This document shows, piece by piece, positions 51,226 to 61,949 of a stretch of DNA of 64,000 nucleotides (position 1 is its first letter; each line of letters begins with the position of its first letter). The position numbers were made by a program, and so were the translations under genes. The notes under the pieces were generated by a model. The model had not been told where the DNA came from, searched no databases, and saw only the letters and a list, made by a program, of their open reading frames with translations. Origin of the DNA: an uncultured Acidobacteriota bacterium (lineage in GTDB: Bacteria; Acidobacteriota; Blastocatellia; RBC074); NCBI GenBank assembly GCA_963796275.1, contig CAWCKY010000006.1, forward strand, positions 2,496,001 through 2,560,000. Reading direction: 5' to 3'.

Positions 51226-52053
51226 CTACGAATGCGGCGCCAGCACAAGGCGGAGGCCAATACATCCGTCATGGGCGTCAGGTTGAATACCATATCGCCA
51301 CCACACGCGGCAATGCAGATCCCAGTTATGGTGGCAACCGCCCCGGAGGCGTCGATCGGTTCCCGGTCCATCGTATGGGCGCCCGTCGCTGGGGAGAGCC
51401 TCGAGATCGTCGGTGCAGGTGTCCTGGCACCATTCCCATACGTTCCCGGACATATCGTAGAGCGACAATTGATTCGGCGCTTTCATGGCAACCGGATGGG
51501 TCCGCGTGTGGCTGGGCAAGAGCTTTCGTAGTCGATTGGCAACACGCCAGCCAGCAGGCCAGCCAAGTACCCTCACGAGAGTCTGGTCGGCACGGCCCCA
51601 GCGCGGCCCATACCAAGCCACGGCATCTGGGTCGTTACTACCGCTGAAAGCAAAGTTGTCGCGCCAATGCGGACCGCCACGTGCAGCATATTCCCATTCA
51701 GTCTCGGTCGGGAGGCGAAAACGCAGGCTGGGATCACTACTCGCAACGGACGTGAGCACCTCGCCGGCATTGATTCGATCAAGAAATCCGTCGGGCTCCG
51801 TGATACGCTCCCAAGATATGTTCTCGACTGGACAACGGGGATCCCGATGCACGGCGGGGTTGTCGCCCATAACTAGTTCCCATAACGCCTGTGTAACCGG
51901 TGTCGTGCCGATATAGTAGCTGGTTATGTGAAACGTTGGCCGGCGGACACCGTGACCAAAGGAATACGGAATCCCCGAAGTCCCAGGCACCTGCGCGAAA
52001 ACAATCTCCTGAAACCCATTCTGTCTAGACCAAGCAAAACGTATCGGTTCCAT
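51226..52053 (-). CDS. SUMF1/FGE-sulfatase domain protein (probable gene cassette)
   Basis: PVTQALWELVMGDNP, FRLPTETEWEYAARGG, PNQLSLYDMSGNVWEWC, IGLRL. Confidence 0.88.
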   Translation of the reverse strand: MEPIRFAWSRQNGFQEIVFAQVPGTSGIPYSFGHGVRRPTFHITSYYIGTTPVTQALWELVMGDNPAVHRDPRCPVENISWERITEPDGFLDRINAGEVLTSVASSDPSLRFRLPTETEWEYAARGGPHWRDNFAFSGSNDPDAVAWYGPRWGRADQTLVRVLGWPAGWRVANRLRKLLPSHTRTHPVAMKAPNQLSLYDMSGNVWEWCQDTCTDDLEALPSDGRPYDGPGTDRRLRGGCHHNWDLHCRVWWRYGIQPDAHDGCIGLRLVLAPHS

Positions 52054-52083
52054 TTTGTTGTGTCGTAAGTGAGTTCAAGTACC

Positions 52084-52154
52084 GGATGACTTTGAGGTGA
52101 GCCGCCGCTGGGGCCCACAGGCCGGAAGCGGTCGGCTCGACCATACGATTAGGC
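52084..52154 (-). other. Degenerate integron attC site
   Basis: GCCTAAT (overlaps the stop codon) ..TCGAGCCGACCGCT..AGCGGCGGCTCACC..GTCATCC; paired L-box arms, mutated core. Confidence 0.55.
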
Positions 52155-52595
52155 CTGTCTTTTCCGGGCAGCAGTTTTCTCGTGCTTTATGCTAGTTCCA
52201 ATCTGAATTCCCAACCAGGCCATCGGCAGGTACGCAACCAGCAGGTCAAGCGCGATGAACCAGATTGGGGCGGGAATCATGAAACTTGCCGCCACACCAC
52301 CGCAAAGAAAAACTGCGCCAATCGCATAAGCAATTTGCGCCTTGTAGTTCGCTGCGATCAGGTAGGCAGCGAGCGCGCCGGCGAGTGTACCAACTGCGTG
52401 CGCCAAGAACGGCATTATGAAATGCCTCGGCTCAAATAGGTGTATAGCGTTCCTCAGGCTTTCGGCGCTATTTACGTCCACACCCGCAGGGGGAGGAATG
52501 AGCGATGGGCTGACGGTGATGAGTGCCGCGTTGACGATTCCTCCGATGGCGATTCCACCGAGGAGGGCAAGCACATTTCGAAGTAGGTTGGGCAT
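52149..52595 (-). CDS. Conserved hypothetical membrane protein (probable gene cassette)
   Basis: Four hydrophobic segments; PPPAGVD..FEPRHFIMPFLAHAVGT..IPAPIWFIALDL; GTTAGGG about 20 bp upstream. Confidence 0.8.
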   Translation of the reverse strand: MPNLLRNVLALLGGIAIGGIVNAALITVSPSLIPPPAGVDVNSAESLRNAIHLFEPRHFIMPFLAHAVGTLAGALAAYLIAANYKAQIAYAIGAVFLCGGVAASFMIPAPIWFIALDLLVAYLPMAWLGIQIGTSIKHEKTAARKRQA

Positions 52596-53307
52596 GTGTG
52601 ATTCTCCGGAGATTCCCTAACTATTTATGTATGCGGATGGCGTCAGTGTCTAGTATTGGATACCTGATGGTTTTTGATATCAGATACTTCCAGCTTAACG
52701 ATCCGCTTCTTGAGATCAAGCGCCACGGATGGCCGTGGGGAATTTTCCAGACTAGTATTGCGGAATTCCCTTCGCCACCCGCCTGTTTCACACGACGCAT
52801 CAACTAGGTTTCGTAGATTCGATTCGCAATCCGACAATCTCCGGCTTCTCAGGTAGAGACCAGCCGGATTCTTTGACGATGATTCGACAGTTGTGAAGTG
52901 TTTGCGCCACTGTTCGTCGTAGCGATAGCGGACACGAGATCAATTGTTCGCATAACGTTCAAGGGACTTCTTTGTGCCTTGATGACCGGGAGCCAATGTC
53001 TGCTTAGCTTCATAAGCATCACTACTGACTGGTAGAGAAACAATGCGACTGATTGATTTACGTTCGAGTCTGAGACGGCGCGGAGTATAATCGCGCGCCA
53101 TAGCCAAGGTAATCAATCAGAGGTATAAGCGTCAATCCGCTTCTCACCTGCTGTCAACCAAACGATAAAACATCCCACGATCAGCAGCAACAGACGGAGG
53201 ATGTTCCTCCCAATACTACAACGATTAATACTCCGTCACCGCTTCACCGAATCTCGGTTCGCTTCCGCGGGTCGATAAAGGTCGCTTATGCGTGTTATTT
53301 TTAGCCT

Positions 53308-54552
53308 ATGCAGTCCTGGATGCTCGATCCGAAACAGGCGGTGATCGACGCCAAAGCCGCGCTTCTGGCGAGGATGCCCGATTATGCCGAGCGCATGGCA
53401 ATCCTGGATCGATGGCTGGCCGGCGAGGTGGACGTAGTTCGGGCAGAAGGCGCGGCTGCGATACCGCAAATCGATTACCGCGAGATCCTCGCCGGCGCCG
53501 TGAGCGCGGGTCAGCAGGATCGAATTCGGCGGCGCGGGTGTGTGGTGATTCGCGGCGTCTATGACCGCGACCAGGCCGCCTCCTGGAATGAAGCTATCGG
53601 TCGCTACATCGAAGAGAACGATTATCTTACTCGGGCCCGGGAAAAGATGGGCCTGGATCGATACTTCAGCGCCCTGGCCTCGGGACGGCCGCAGATTTAC
53701 GGTTTGTACTGGTCACGGCCGCAAATGGCGGCGCGGCAGCATGAAAACATGGACCGGACGCGGCGCTTTCTGAATCGCCTGTGGAATGCCACGCGGGCCG
53801 ACGGAACGCCGGAGTTCGATCCCGATCGCCAATGCAATTATGCCGATCGCTTGCGCCGCCGTGAACCCGGCGATACCTCGCTGGGGCTCTCGGCTCATTG
53901 CGATGGCGGTTCGATAGAGCGTTGGTGCGATCCGAGCTTTCATCGCGTCTATCAAGACGTGTTGTTCGGTGAGATCGATGCTTACGATCCTTTCCGCGCG
54001 GAAGGGCGCACCCAGACCGACGAGATTCCGTCGCCGGCGGTGTGCAGCATGTTTCGGACTTTTCAGGGGTGGACGGCGATGACGGCGCAGGGACCGGGCG
54101 ACGGAACATTGAAACTCGTGCCCATCGCTCGCGGCATGGCCTGGGTGCTGTTGAGGGCTTTGCAGGATGATGTCGCGCCTGATGACCTCTGCGGTGCGAC
54201 TGCCGGACGCGCTCTGGCCGCAGATCGGCGTTGGCATCGCGCCCTGCTGGAGGCCGAAGTTAGCATTCCCAGAGTCGAACCCGGTGATACAGTGTGGTGG
54301 CATCCCGACCTGATTCACGCGGTAGAAGACAAACATTGCGGTCGCGAGGCGAGCAACGTCGTTTATATCGGCTCTGCCCCCTGGTGCGAGAAGAATGCGC
54401 GATTTCTAAAAAAACAGGCGGACTGTTTTTTAACCGGGCGGAGTTCGCCTGATTTTGCCCCCGAAGATTACGAAGTCGATTTCAACGACCGCGCAATGCT
54501 CGAACATCTTTCCGATCTCGGCAAAAAACAGATGGGTCTGGTGGCCTGGTAG
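53308..54552 (+). CDS. YbiU/DUF1479 (Gig2-like) oxygenase-fold protein
   Basis: IRRRGCVVIRGV, PQIYGLYWSRPQ, YADRLRRREPGD, HCDGGSIERW, FRTFQGW, GDTVWWHPDLIHAVE. Confidence 0.88.
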   Translation: MQSWMLDPKQAVIDAKAALLARMPDYAERMAILDRWLAGEVDVVRAEGAAAIPQIDYREILAGAVSAGQQDRIRRRGCVVIRGVYDRDQAASWNEAIGRYIEENDYLTRAREKMGLDRYFSALASGRPQIYGLYWSRPQMAARQHENMDRTRRFLNRLWNATRADGTPEFDPDRQCNYADRLRRREPGDTSLGLSAHCDGGSIERWCDPSFHRVYQDVLFGEIDAYDPFRAEGRTQTDEIPSPAVCSMFRTFQGWTAMTAQGPGDGTLKLVPIARGMAWVLLRALQDDVAPDDLCGATAGRALAADRRWHRALLEAEVSIPRVEPGDTVWWHPDLIHAVEDKHCGREASNVVYIGSAPWCEKNARFLKKQADCFLTGRSSPDFAPEDYEVDFNDRAMLEHLSDLGKKQMGLVAW

Positions 54553-54665
54553 ACTGATCGCGAGGAGGATGAAGCCCAAGCGCATTCCATGCCTGCAGAT
54601 TGTATTTTCAGAATCTGATTGGCTGTCGATGCGTTATCTTCACTCTATTTTTCGAGTTTCTATTT

Positions 54666-55457
54666 TTAAGCCAAAAAACCACTTCGCCCGCTGAACTGCG
54701 AACTCAATTCATCATTAGTTGGATCGTCGAGCGCCAGCAACTGCCTCAATTCAGGGGCCAGCCGGCTTTGCACTTCGGGGCGCAGCAGTTGCATCTGATA
54801 CTGTTGCTGTGGCACATCGCGCCGACAATAAAAACTGTGTAGGGCCAGTCGTGGCTTATCGGTTTGGTTGGCAGTGCCGCCGTGCCACAGATGCGCATTC
54901 ATCACGACGACGGTTCCGGCTCTACCGATAATCAGCTTTTCGTCGATGTGCGGCGCCGATGGATCGGCGAGCACATCCTGCGGCAGTTTTCCCCAGCGAT
55001 GTGAGCCTGGCACGTAGCGCGTTGCGCCGTTATCGCGCGTGAAGTCATCCAACATCCAAATGATGTTGCAAACCCGATTGCCGCAAGAGTCCGGCAATTC
55101 TCCCGTATCACAATGCAGAGGTTGTAGCCCGTTTGCATGGGGGCGGGCGGATCGCGCATTCAAACTGCTAAGTTTAAACTGCGATCCCAGTACCTGCTCG
55201 ACGCAGGCGAGCAGCTTCGGCTCGGCAATCACCGATCGAAACAATTCATCGTAATCTACCAAGTTAGCCAGGCGATCGGTTCCAGGTTCCTGTTTAAATT
55301 CAGACCCCGCTCTTGCTCCCAGTTGAGCGAACAATTCCGCGATCCTACTGCGGATAGCGCTCACCAGGGTGGCGTCAGCGAAGTCTTCCAGGACCAGAAA
55401 CCCTTCTTGATCGAGCCGCCGTCGCGCTTCGTCATCGAGTGTAATTGGCTTGTTCAT
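54666..55457 (-). CDS. PhyH-family Fe(II)/2OG dioxygenase
   Basis: [43 protein letters not shown]. Confidence 0.9.
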   Translation of the reverse strand: MNKPITLDDEARRRLDQEGFLVLEDFADATLVSAIRSRIAELFAQLGARAGSEFKQEPGTDRLANLVDYDELFRSVIAEPKLLACVEQVLGSQFKLSSLNARSARPHANGLQPLHCDTGELPDSCGNRVCNIIWMLDDFTRDNGATRYVPGSHRWGKLPQDVLADPSAPHIDEKLIIGRAGTVVVMNAHLWHGGTANQTDKPRLALHSFYCRRDVPQQQYQMQLLRPEVQSRLAPELRQLLALDDPTNDELSSQFSGRSGFLA

Positions 55458-55593
55458 CGCTCTGCCTGTGCGTGTTGAGCCCCAATGCACGAAGCTCAGC
55501 GTCTCAAAGATTTCAAAATATCCACCACGTGTAAATAATCAAACAGATGATAGTGGAACGATCAGGTAACGACCATAGCTCGGTGAGGCGCTC

Positions 55594-55622
55594 TTGACAG
55601 AAAAAAATCACCTGCATATAGT
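55594..55622 (+). promoter_or_regulatory. Near-consensus sigma70 promoter
   Basis: TTGACA-N17-TATAGT. Confidence 0.6.
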
Positions 55623-56142
55623 TTGCACCTCAAACTAAGGGGAAGATCCGTTTCGCAATACTAACGCGACCATCTCCGCCGCGACTAACCAAGCGAGGCG
55701 CGCAGAGCACGTTTCGCCTCTAACGGGCAAGTGGGAAAATCCGCTGCCGCAAAGCTTTTCCCGACACAATCAGCTCCGCCATAAGGTTAAGTTGTAATAT
55801 GTGTACTACTAACCTCGTGAGTTGCGCAGAACACATTTCGCTGCCAACCAGATCAGCGAGAGGAGCTAAATGTGGGTGACGCCGCCGATTATAGTTGTAG
55901 ACGCGAACTAATATCACGGGTTGAATCCCAAAGCTTCTTCCAAGATTACCATCGCCGCCGGCCGGCCGCAGAAGCAGTTGGGAGTTCCGGGCCAGGGAAA
56001 ACAAGCGAAAGGAGAAGACCGCGTAAACGCGGAACTCCCAACAATTTATGAAGTGACTTCCCTTGTTGTCGATCGCGCCAGCAAACTTCAAGTCCGAACA
56101 GAATGACGACACGAGAGAACAACGAAAATAAGGAGACTAGCC

Positions 56143-58018
56143 ATGCCTAAGTATCACAACAATTTCAGTCTTACCAAAGCATCTCTTTCGCTAGCGTTAC
56201 TGCTTATTGCGTTGGTTGCCACACTGGGAACATCTGCTCAGGAGAGTCCGAGCATTCCTTTAGTCTATAGCGTTGAGAACACGGCTGCGAACTACCCGCC
56301 GACGGCCTTCCCAGCTTTCGCTCAGCTTCCGATCATTCGACCTTTGACAGACCCGTTTCGGTTTGCTGATGGAACTCGCGACATCTCGTTCGCAAACTGG
56401 GAGCGACGGCGTAGTGAGATCAAGGCTGCGATCGAAAAATATGAGATCGGCCCAAAGCCGGATTGTTCGGACTGCACCATTACAGCCACATACACACCGC
56501 CGTTGTCAGCAGCAGCCAGGGGTTCACTGACAGTGGTAGTTACCAGGAATGGGAAGTCGTTAACTTTGACTTCGAACGTATACATTCCACAGGGGATGGG
56601 CAGCGGCCCGTTTCCGGCATTGATTCCGATGACGTTCTTTGCACGCCCCACAGGCGCCAATTATGGCAGTCTCCCAGCCAGCGTTTTTGCGAGCCGCCCG
56701 ATAGCAACCGTCGACTTCGTCCACAACAATGTATCCATATATGGAGTGAGTGATCATACCAATGACCCCTTCTACCAGCTTTACCCTGAACTTTGCGCTG
56801 GAACATGCAATGGTAATGTCAGCAATTCGGGACAATACGCCGCGTGGGCGTGGGGAGTGAGCCGTCTCATCGATGGCATGGAGATCGCTACCCACCAGTC
56901 AGTCAACTCGCTACCAATCGATATGCAACACCTGGCAGTCACCGGATGCTCCTATGCGGGGAAGATGGCGCTCTTCGCCGGGGCGTTCGACGAGCGGATT
57001 GCCCTGACTATTCCCCAGGAAAGCGGAGGTGGTGGCGCGCCATCGTGGCGAGTTACGCGTGGGATCGAGGCTTATGGCGCGTCGGAAGATATACAGCGTA
57101 CAGATTATAACTGGTTCGCGGGGCAGATGCGCCAGTTCAGCGGCGACAATGGTTACAAACTTCCGACGGATCATCACGAATTGATGGCCATGGTGGCGCC
57201 CAGAGCATTGCTGGAGACGGGCAATACAGATTTCTACTGGCTATCCAATCGCTCGAATTATATCTCGGCACGAGCAGCGCAGCGGGTCTATAACACACTT
57301 GGAATCGGAGACAGGTTTGGATTCTATATTGATGGCGGACACGGACACTGTGCAACACTCCCGGCTGAGGCCCCGGCCATAGCAGCCTTTGTCGACAAAT
57401 TCCTGCTCGGTGATGTGACGGCCAATACGAATGTGGCGGTCAACCCTTACAAGTCGCTCGATTACAGCCGGTGGACCGACTGGTGGGGAAAACCGGATAC
57501 CAAAATTCCCAGGCAATTGGAACCCGGGAAACGGTTCGGTCATTATTTCAATGACCCGTCCTATTCGCATCAATTCTGGTGACACCGTTTTTGCAGGCTA
57601 TGCTTTGTCGATGTCCGACGGCCACTTGGGAGCGACCGTATCGCTGGCGGGCGGGAACGTGCAGACGGACGTCTCTTGTCCGGATGGCAGTTCCTACACA
57701 CTCACAATACCGCTCCCGAACCAGACCTATTCGATCCCAGCCGGCGACGGCTCCTGGTTTCCATCACCCAACCAGAAGAGTCCACTGGTTTACCAGGGCT
57801 CCGCTACGGCCTCTGGTTGCATTGGGGGTGTTGCGAGAAGCTTTTACCTCAGCGCGTTGGGAGTAAGCGCCGGGACGGGCAACCCGCCGGCAGCCCCTGG
57901 TTTCACTACCACTGACACCACGTATCCGCTCAATGTGAGGTTCCACTTCACCAGCACCAACGACGACGGCGCTGGAGGAAGCTGGAGCCCGACGGTAACC
58001 GTTAACTATAATCCGTAA
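56143..58018 (+). pseudogene. CE15 (glucuronoyl esterase-like) secreted protein with C-terminal domain, +1 frameshift near 57499
   Basis: AAGGAG RBS, signal peptide, AWAWGVSRLID, VTGCSYAGK, DERIALTIPQESGGGG, LPTDHHELMAMVAPR, GHGHC; continues in ORF 57431..58018. Confidence 0.82.
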
Positions 58019-58040
58019 TCGTATGTTCGGAAAAAAGTTT

Positions 58041-58068
58041 CGGGGTGGGATTCCGTATCCCCACCCCG
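58041..58068. terminator. GC-rich hairpin between convergent genes
   Basis: CGGGGTGGGAT / ATCCCCACCCCG stem, A-tract on the left. Confidence 0.5.
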
Positions 58069-58178
58069 CACTTCTGTTGCAATCTCTCGCGGTGTGAGTA
58101 ATGCCTGCAAAGCGGGCGCTCAATTCGGCCGCCAAGGTCACCTCGCAACTGATCTCTGCCTCAGCGATGGGGAATCGC

Positions 58179-58237
58179 GTGAACCGAGAATCATCCACTA
58201 TAACGCCGATTTGGGCGTTTAGTGGCGGAAGTGTCAA
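58179..58237 (+). mobile_element. IS200/IS605 (TnpB) right-end-like remnant, copy 1
   Basis: GTGAACCGAGAATC..CCACTATAAC..TTTGGGCGTTTAGTGG..GTGTCAA; homologous to 61892..61949. Confidence 0.6.
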
Positions 58238-58247
58238 TAGCCCCGGA

Positions 58248-59777
58248 TTACTGCCGATCGTTATTTGCCATACGGAGGTTCATGATAACTCGTCGGTATG
58301 AAGTTAAAGCAGGCGAACCGTTATCAGTAACAGCAAGGATAATGTGGGCAATTCCCTTGGGACATGCTCTGGCGCCGCCGAGCCACGCTGGACGACACGT
58401 AGCCGTTGCCGTCACGATTGCTTTCGCTGTGTTTCCACGCTCAATTCTGACTGCTCCCAAGTTTGCCTCGGGCACAAAGCCAGCTTCTTCGTAATGAAAC
58501 CATTGATAACTGATCTTGTGTCCATCCGGATCTTTACTTGCGCTAGCATCAAGTGTGACCGGTTGGCCCACTTGCGCCTCGATCAAGATCGGAGCGGCGC
58601 CATCCTTGTCATTCACCGTGACTACCGGATTATGGTTTGCCTCAGCAAAAGGTTTGATCGTCCAGTCCATGCGCGCGGCGAATTCATGCTGAAAAGCTGT
58701 TCGCCAGCGCCAAATCGTCGCCTGATCCGAGATGTAGGTTTTGCCATCCGCTCCGATGACACTGTCTTGCGAGGTGACACGCGGGAAGAGATCGCCACCC
58801 TGTGACCAGATCGGATGCGTCTCGCCATAGGGTAGCCGCCAGACATAGCGACCGCCCCAGCCGCCCCAACTCGGATTGCGATAGCTGTTAAGACCGTTGT
58901 TGGTGAGGCCAAGAAAAGCAGGTGTGTCGCCTTCCATGATGAATGCGAACTTCGGATAGAACTTGCCGAGTGGCCCTTTGACGCGAATGTTCGTCTCCAG
59001 CCAATCGTTGGTGACCGTACTTCCATCTGCCCCCATACAGTTGCGGTAGTAAACATCGCCGCTTATCCCCGTCCAGGTAGCAGAAGCATATTCGCCGCCA
59101 TCAGGACTGCTCGGCTTGACGATGTAGTGCAGATTAGGGAATTCGCGGCGGATCCACGGCCCGGCATCGTCTTGATCTGAAATCGAACTGACGCGGAGCT
59201 TGGCGACAAACCTGTCTACTTCGGGACCTGAACGTGTTGCACGCACATGTTGTAATGCCTGCGCCAGCGTGTTCGCGCCGCCCCAGATCGTGATCCAAAT
59301 CGGCCGTGGATCAATTCTGCCTGTAGCGCGAATAATCGCCTCGGCTCCGGGCGACATCTTTCCGGGACCGACAGCCGCCATGCCATATGCAGGCTGGCCG
59401 GAAGTCACGACCGCATTCAATTGCGCGGCTTCAGGCCAACCCTGAGCATGTTTCAGTAGGTTGGCTCGCACTTCGCCATAGGCGGCAACTATCTTACGCA
59501 TTGTTTCAGGTTGGACTTTGTTCTTCTGCCAGGTCGATGTTGTCGCGATCAAAGCTTCTAGATCCAATTCATTGGAATAAAGCAGCAACCGCACAAAGGA
59601 CATCTGATCATCGGGTTCGTTGCCGATATCACTCAAAACTACAACGCGTGGATTACCGGCGAAATTATCTATATAGCCGGGCTGCAATGATTGAACGGCT
59701 GCACTGGCATAGCAGAGGCGCCACCAAACAATTGCTGCTAAAATCAAGTGTTGTAACTTCGTGCTACTGATGCGCAT
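58248..59777 (-). CDS. DUF1593 nucleoside-hydrolase-like secreted protein with C-terminal Ig/PKD-like domain
   Basis: PRVVVLSDIGNEPDDQMSFVRLLLYSNE, WGGANTLAQAL, ISDQDD, MEGDTP, FAARMDW, NHNPV, LDASASKDPDG; AAGGA RBS before ATG 59777. Confidence 0.88.
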   Translation of the reverse strand: MRISSTKLQHLILAAIVWWRLCYASAAVQSLQPGYIDNFAGNPRVVVLSDIGNEPDDQMSFVRLLLYSNELDLEALIATTSTWQKNKVQPETMRKIVAAYGEVRANLLKHAQGWPEAAQLNAVVTSGQPAYGMAAVGPGKMSPGAEAIIRATGRIDPRPIWITIWGGANTLAQALQHVRATRSGPEVDRFVAKLRVSSISDQDDAGPWIRREFPNLHYIVKPSSPDGGEYASATWTGISGDVYYRNCMGADGSTVTNDWLETNIRVKGPLGKFYPKFAFIMEGDTPAFLGLTNNGLNSYRNPSWGGWGGRYVWRLPYGETHPIWSQGGDLFPRVTSQDSVIGADGKTYISDQATIWRWRTAFQHEFAARMDWTIKPFAEANHNPVVTVNDKDGAAPILIEAQVGQPVTLDASASKDPDGHKISYQWFHYEEAGFVPEANLGAVRIERGNTAKAIVTATATCRPAWLGGARACPKGIAHIILAVTDNGSPALTSYRRVIMNLRMANNDRQ

Positions 59778-59828
59778 TGGTAGTTCCTTTCGCGACTCGC
59801 TCACTGAATGTCAGTAAAAATAAATCCC

Positions 59829-59945
59829 TGCGAATTGATGGAGAAATATCAGGATACTCGATCGATTTGGTAGATGCCTCCATCGTCTCGCTTGCTGAAT
59901 GCACGGACCGCGCCGGTCTTCACTATCGATTCCCGATATGAAATC
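59829..59945 (+). pseudogene. Degraded C-terminal fragment of a PIN/VapC toxin
   Basis: Across frameshifts: ELMEKYQD / IDLVDASIVSLAE / PVFTIDS. Confidence 0.5.
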
Positions 59946-60380
59946 GATGCCATTCCTTCTCGCATTGCCTTCATCTACCATTGGCTGTATGGTAATGAGA
60001 TGGCTCAACGCCACGGGATCTTTCTGGCTGGAGTTGGGGCCGGAAAACCTGGGCGGCGTTCGCGTAACCCCCAAGACCATAACTTTCAATTTCATCGACA
60101 CATTCGCCCCGGATGACCCTACACGAGTTACTTTTTCAAACATAAAGCCACTTTACGTGGAGTGGGGAAAGATCTCTCGATCAAGGAAAAACATGGACTG
60201 TATTCATGGTCATCGAGGCGCGCCAAATGACACAGCCTAACGAACGGATCTCCCGGCGATGGTCAACCTGATCGCGTGCGCTCCGGAAGCAGCTACGATC
60301 TTGTTCAAACACCCGCTCAGATCGACCCCACCGCGGAAATAGGTGTATCGCGCATTTCCAGCAGATTCTGGAGCATAAAA

Positions 60381-61664
60381 TCACTTACCGGGCGAGAAGC
60401 TGAATTCAATATTTCCGCGCACGCTCACCGGCACTCCATCTTTAATTGCCGGGTTAAATCGGATTTTATGAGCAGCCTCAATAGCTTTCTCCGTCAGCCC
60501 ATCAGGCAATCCGCGCACGACCCTGATACTCCTGATTTTACCCTCTGCTGTGAAGACGACGTTCAAAACTACAGTTCCTTCTATTCTGTTGCGGAGCGCC
60601 TCTTCCGTGTATTTTCCTCTCTCTTTGTAGAGTATTGTCGGCCTCAGTTCGGCGGTCATCGGTAGCACCCCGTTACTCGGCTGATCGCCAAAAGATACTG
60701 TCGCCATCTCTTTGTTCTGCTCCCGATGCAACTTCGCTCTGGCTGCGTCCTCCGGATTCGCTACCGTAAGATCGACCACATCGGCTCCCGTTTTGGCTGA
60801 ATTGTCCGGACTCACCGACGTTAACTCCTGGACTTTGTAATCCGAGGGAATTTCAAAAAGCGTTGCGTCCGGCTCGCCCAGATTGATATTGGTCATTTTC
60901 CCCGTCGATTCTCCCGATCGAGGATCGGATGATTTTATCAATACAAACAGCTGTAACTCCTGGGAGTACCATCGCTCGAAGATGATCTCGATCGGTCTTT
61001 CATTATCTATCGATCCCGCCGGTATCGTGTGAGTGATGCGCGTGCCTTCGGCCGCCACTCCCTCGATCGTCTGAGTGCCGAGCGTTTCATCTTTTATATT
61101 TGAATTGTCGGTAAATCCGAGAATCGGTTTTATGAATCCGGGTCCACACGTATTACCCATTGCAATGGCCGCTCTATTCGCCGCCGGGTCGGAAATCGAA
61201 GTCCTCGCTGTAATTACACGTTCCATCATAGGCTGGATCGGTCTGGGGAATTTTCTTGCCGTGCGATTTTGCGGATCGAGTAAAAAGATATGGCCGCCGA
61301 AATGATCGATTACCTGGATCGTTTTATACTCTTGGCCTTCACCGCCATCGACGCGCCGGATTTTGCCCGAACTCTCCCGGCGGATGCGCCCCGCTCCGTC
61401 ACGATAGATCATTGTCGTCGTTCGAGTTACGATACGATTGCCGTCGGCCAGCGTTTGTGCACTCTCACATACCATCTCTCCCGAGAACGGAGCATTCTTG
61501 ATAGCCGCAATCGTTCCGTCGGAACCGCCACGTAGGACTAATGAAGGTGGTTTCCTCTTCTGACTTTCATCCTGTGCAGATGCATTATTGCCGCAGATGC
61601 CCGCCGATAACGCCAGCACGACTGCGAAAAATTGGGGAAATATCATTCTCGTCGTTTTTCTCAA
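60381..61664 (-). CDS. TonB C-terminal domain protein with N-terminal acidobacterial beta-sheet domain
   Basis: Signal peptide; APFSGE..QTLADGNRI..YRDGAGRIRRE..LGTQTIEGV..EPDATLFEIPSDY; then YTEEALRNRIEGTVVL..GLTEKAIEAA..FNPA..DGVPV. Confidence 0.85.
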   Translation of the reverse strand: MRKTTRMIFPQFFAVVLALSAGICGNNASAQDESQKRKPPSLVLRGGSDGTIAAIKNAPFSGEMVCESAQTLADGNRIVTRTTTMIYRDGAGRIRRESSGKIRRVDGGEGQEYKTIQVIDHFGGHIFLLDPQNRTARKFPRPIQPMMERVITARTSISDPAANRAAIAMGNTCGPGFIKPILGFTDNSNIKDETLGTQTIEGVAAEGTRITHTIPAGSIDNERPIEIIFERWYSQELQLFVLIKSSDPRSGESTGKMTNINLGEPDATLFEIPSDYKVQELTSVSPDNSAKTGADVVDLTVANPEDAARAKLHREQNKEMATVSFGDQPSNGVLPMTAELRPTILYKERGKYTEEALRNRIEGTVVLNVVFTAEGKIRSIRVVRGLPDGLTEKAIEAAHKIRFNPAIKDGVPVSVRGNIEFSFSPGK

Positions 61665-61891
61665 AATAGAATCTCCTTCAGATTGTGAAAGTATAGATGG
61701 GGCTGTCGATTACATTTCAAACATAGAACGCAGGCGGGAGCGTGAAGTTGCAAAATATGGAATCCGACAGCGTCATCGACGGTATTTCACGACCATGACT
61801 GACCATTACTTATCCACTAGAATTCAAACAAAAACCATCTATGGGGAGAACGAGCGAGGCATTTCATTATGTGCCGGTCTGCATTCAGCGT

Positions 61892-61949
61892 GTGAACCGA
61901 GAATCTCCACCTATAACCTCAGTTTGGGCGTTTAGGTGGAGCGTGTCAA
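61892..61949 (+). mobile_element. IS200/IS605 (TnpB) right-end-like remnant, copy 2
   Basis: GAATCTCCACCTATAAC...TTTAGGTGGAGCGTGTCAA; CTCCACCTA/TAGGTGGAG hairpin followed by TCAA. Confidence 0.65.

Noticed and set aside
52621-53300. Several 60-77 aa ORFs
   Set aside because: No RBS or motif support; probably decayed sequence
55725-55765. c-di-GMP-I riboswitch (GGCAA..GAAAA..CGCAAAGC)
   Set aside because: Only a partial resemblance; the stem is short and the downstream conserved elements are not evident
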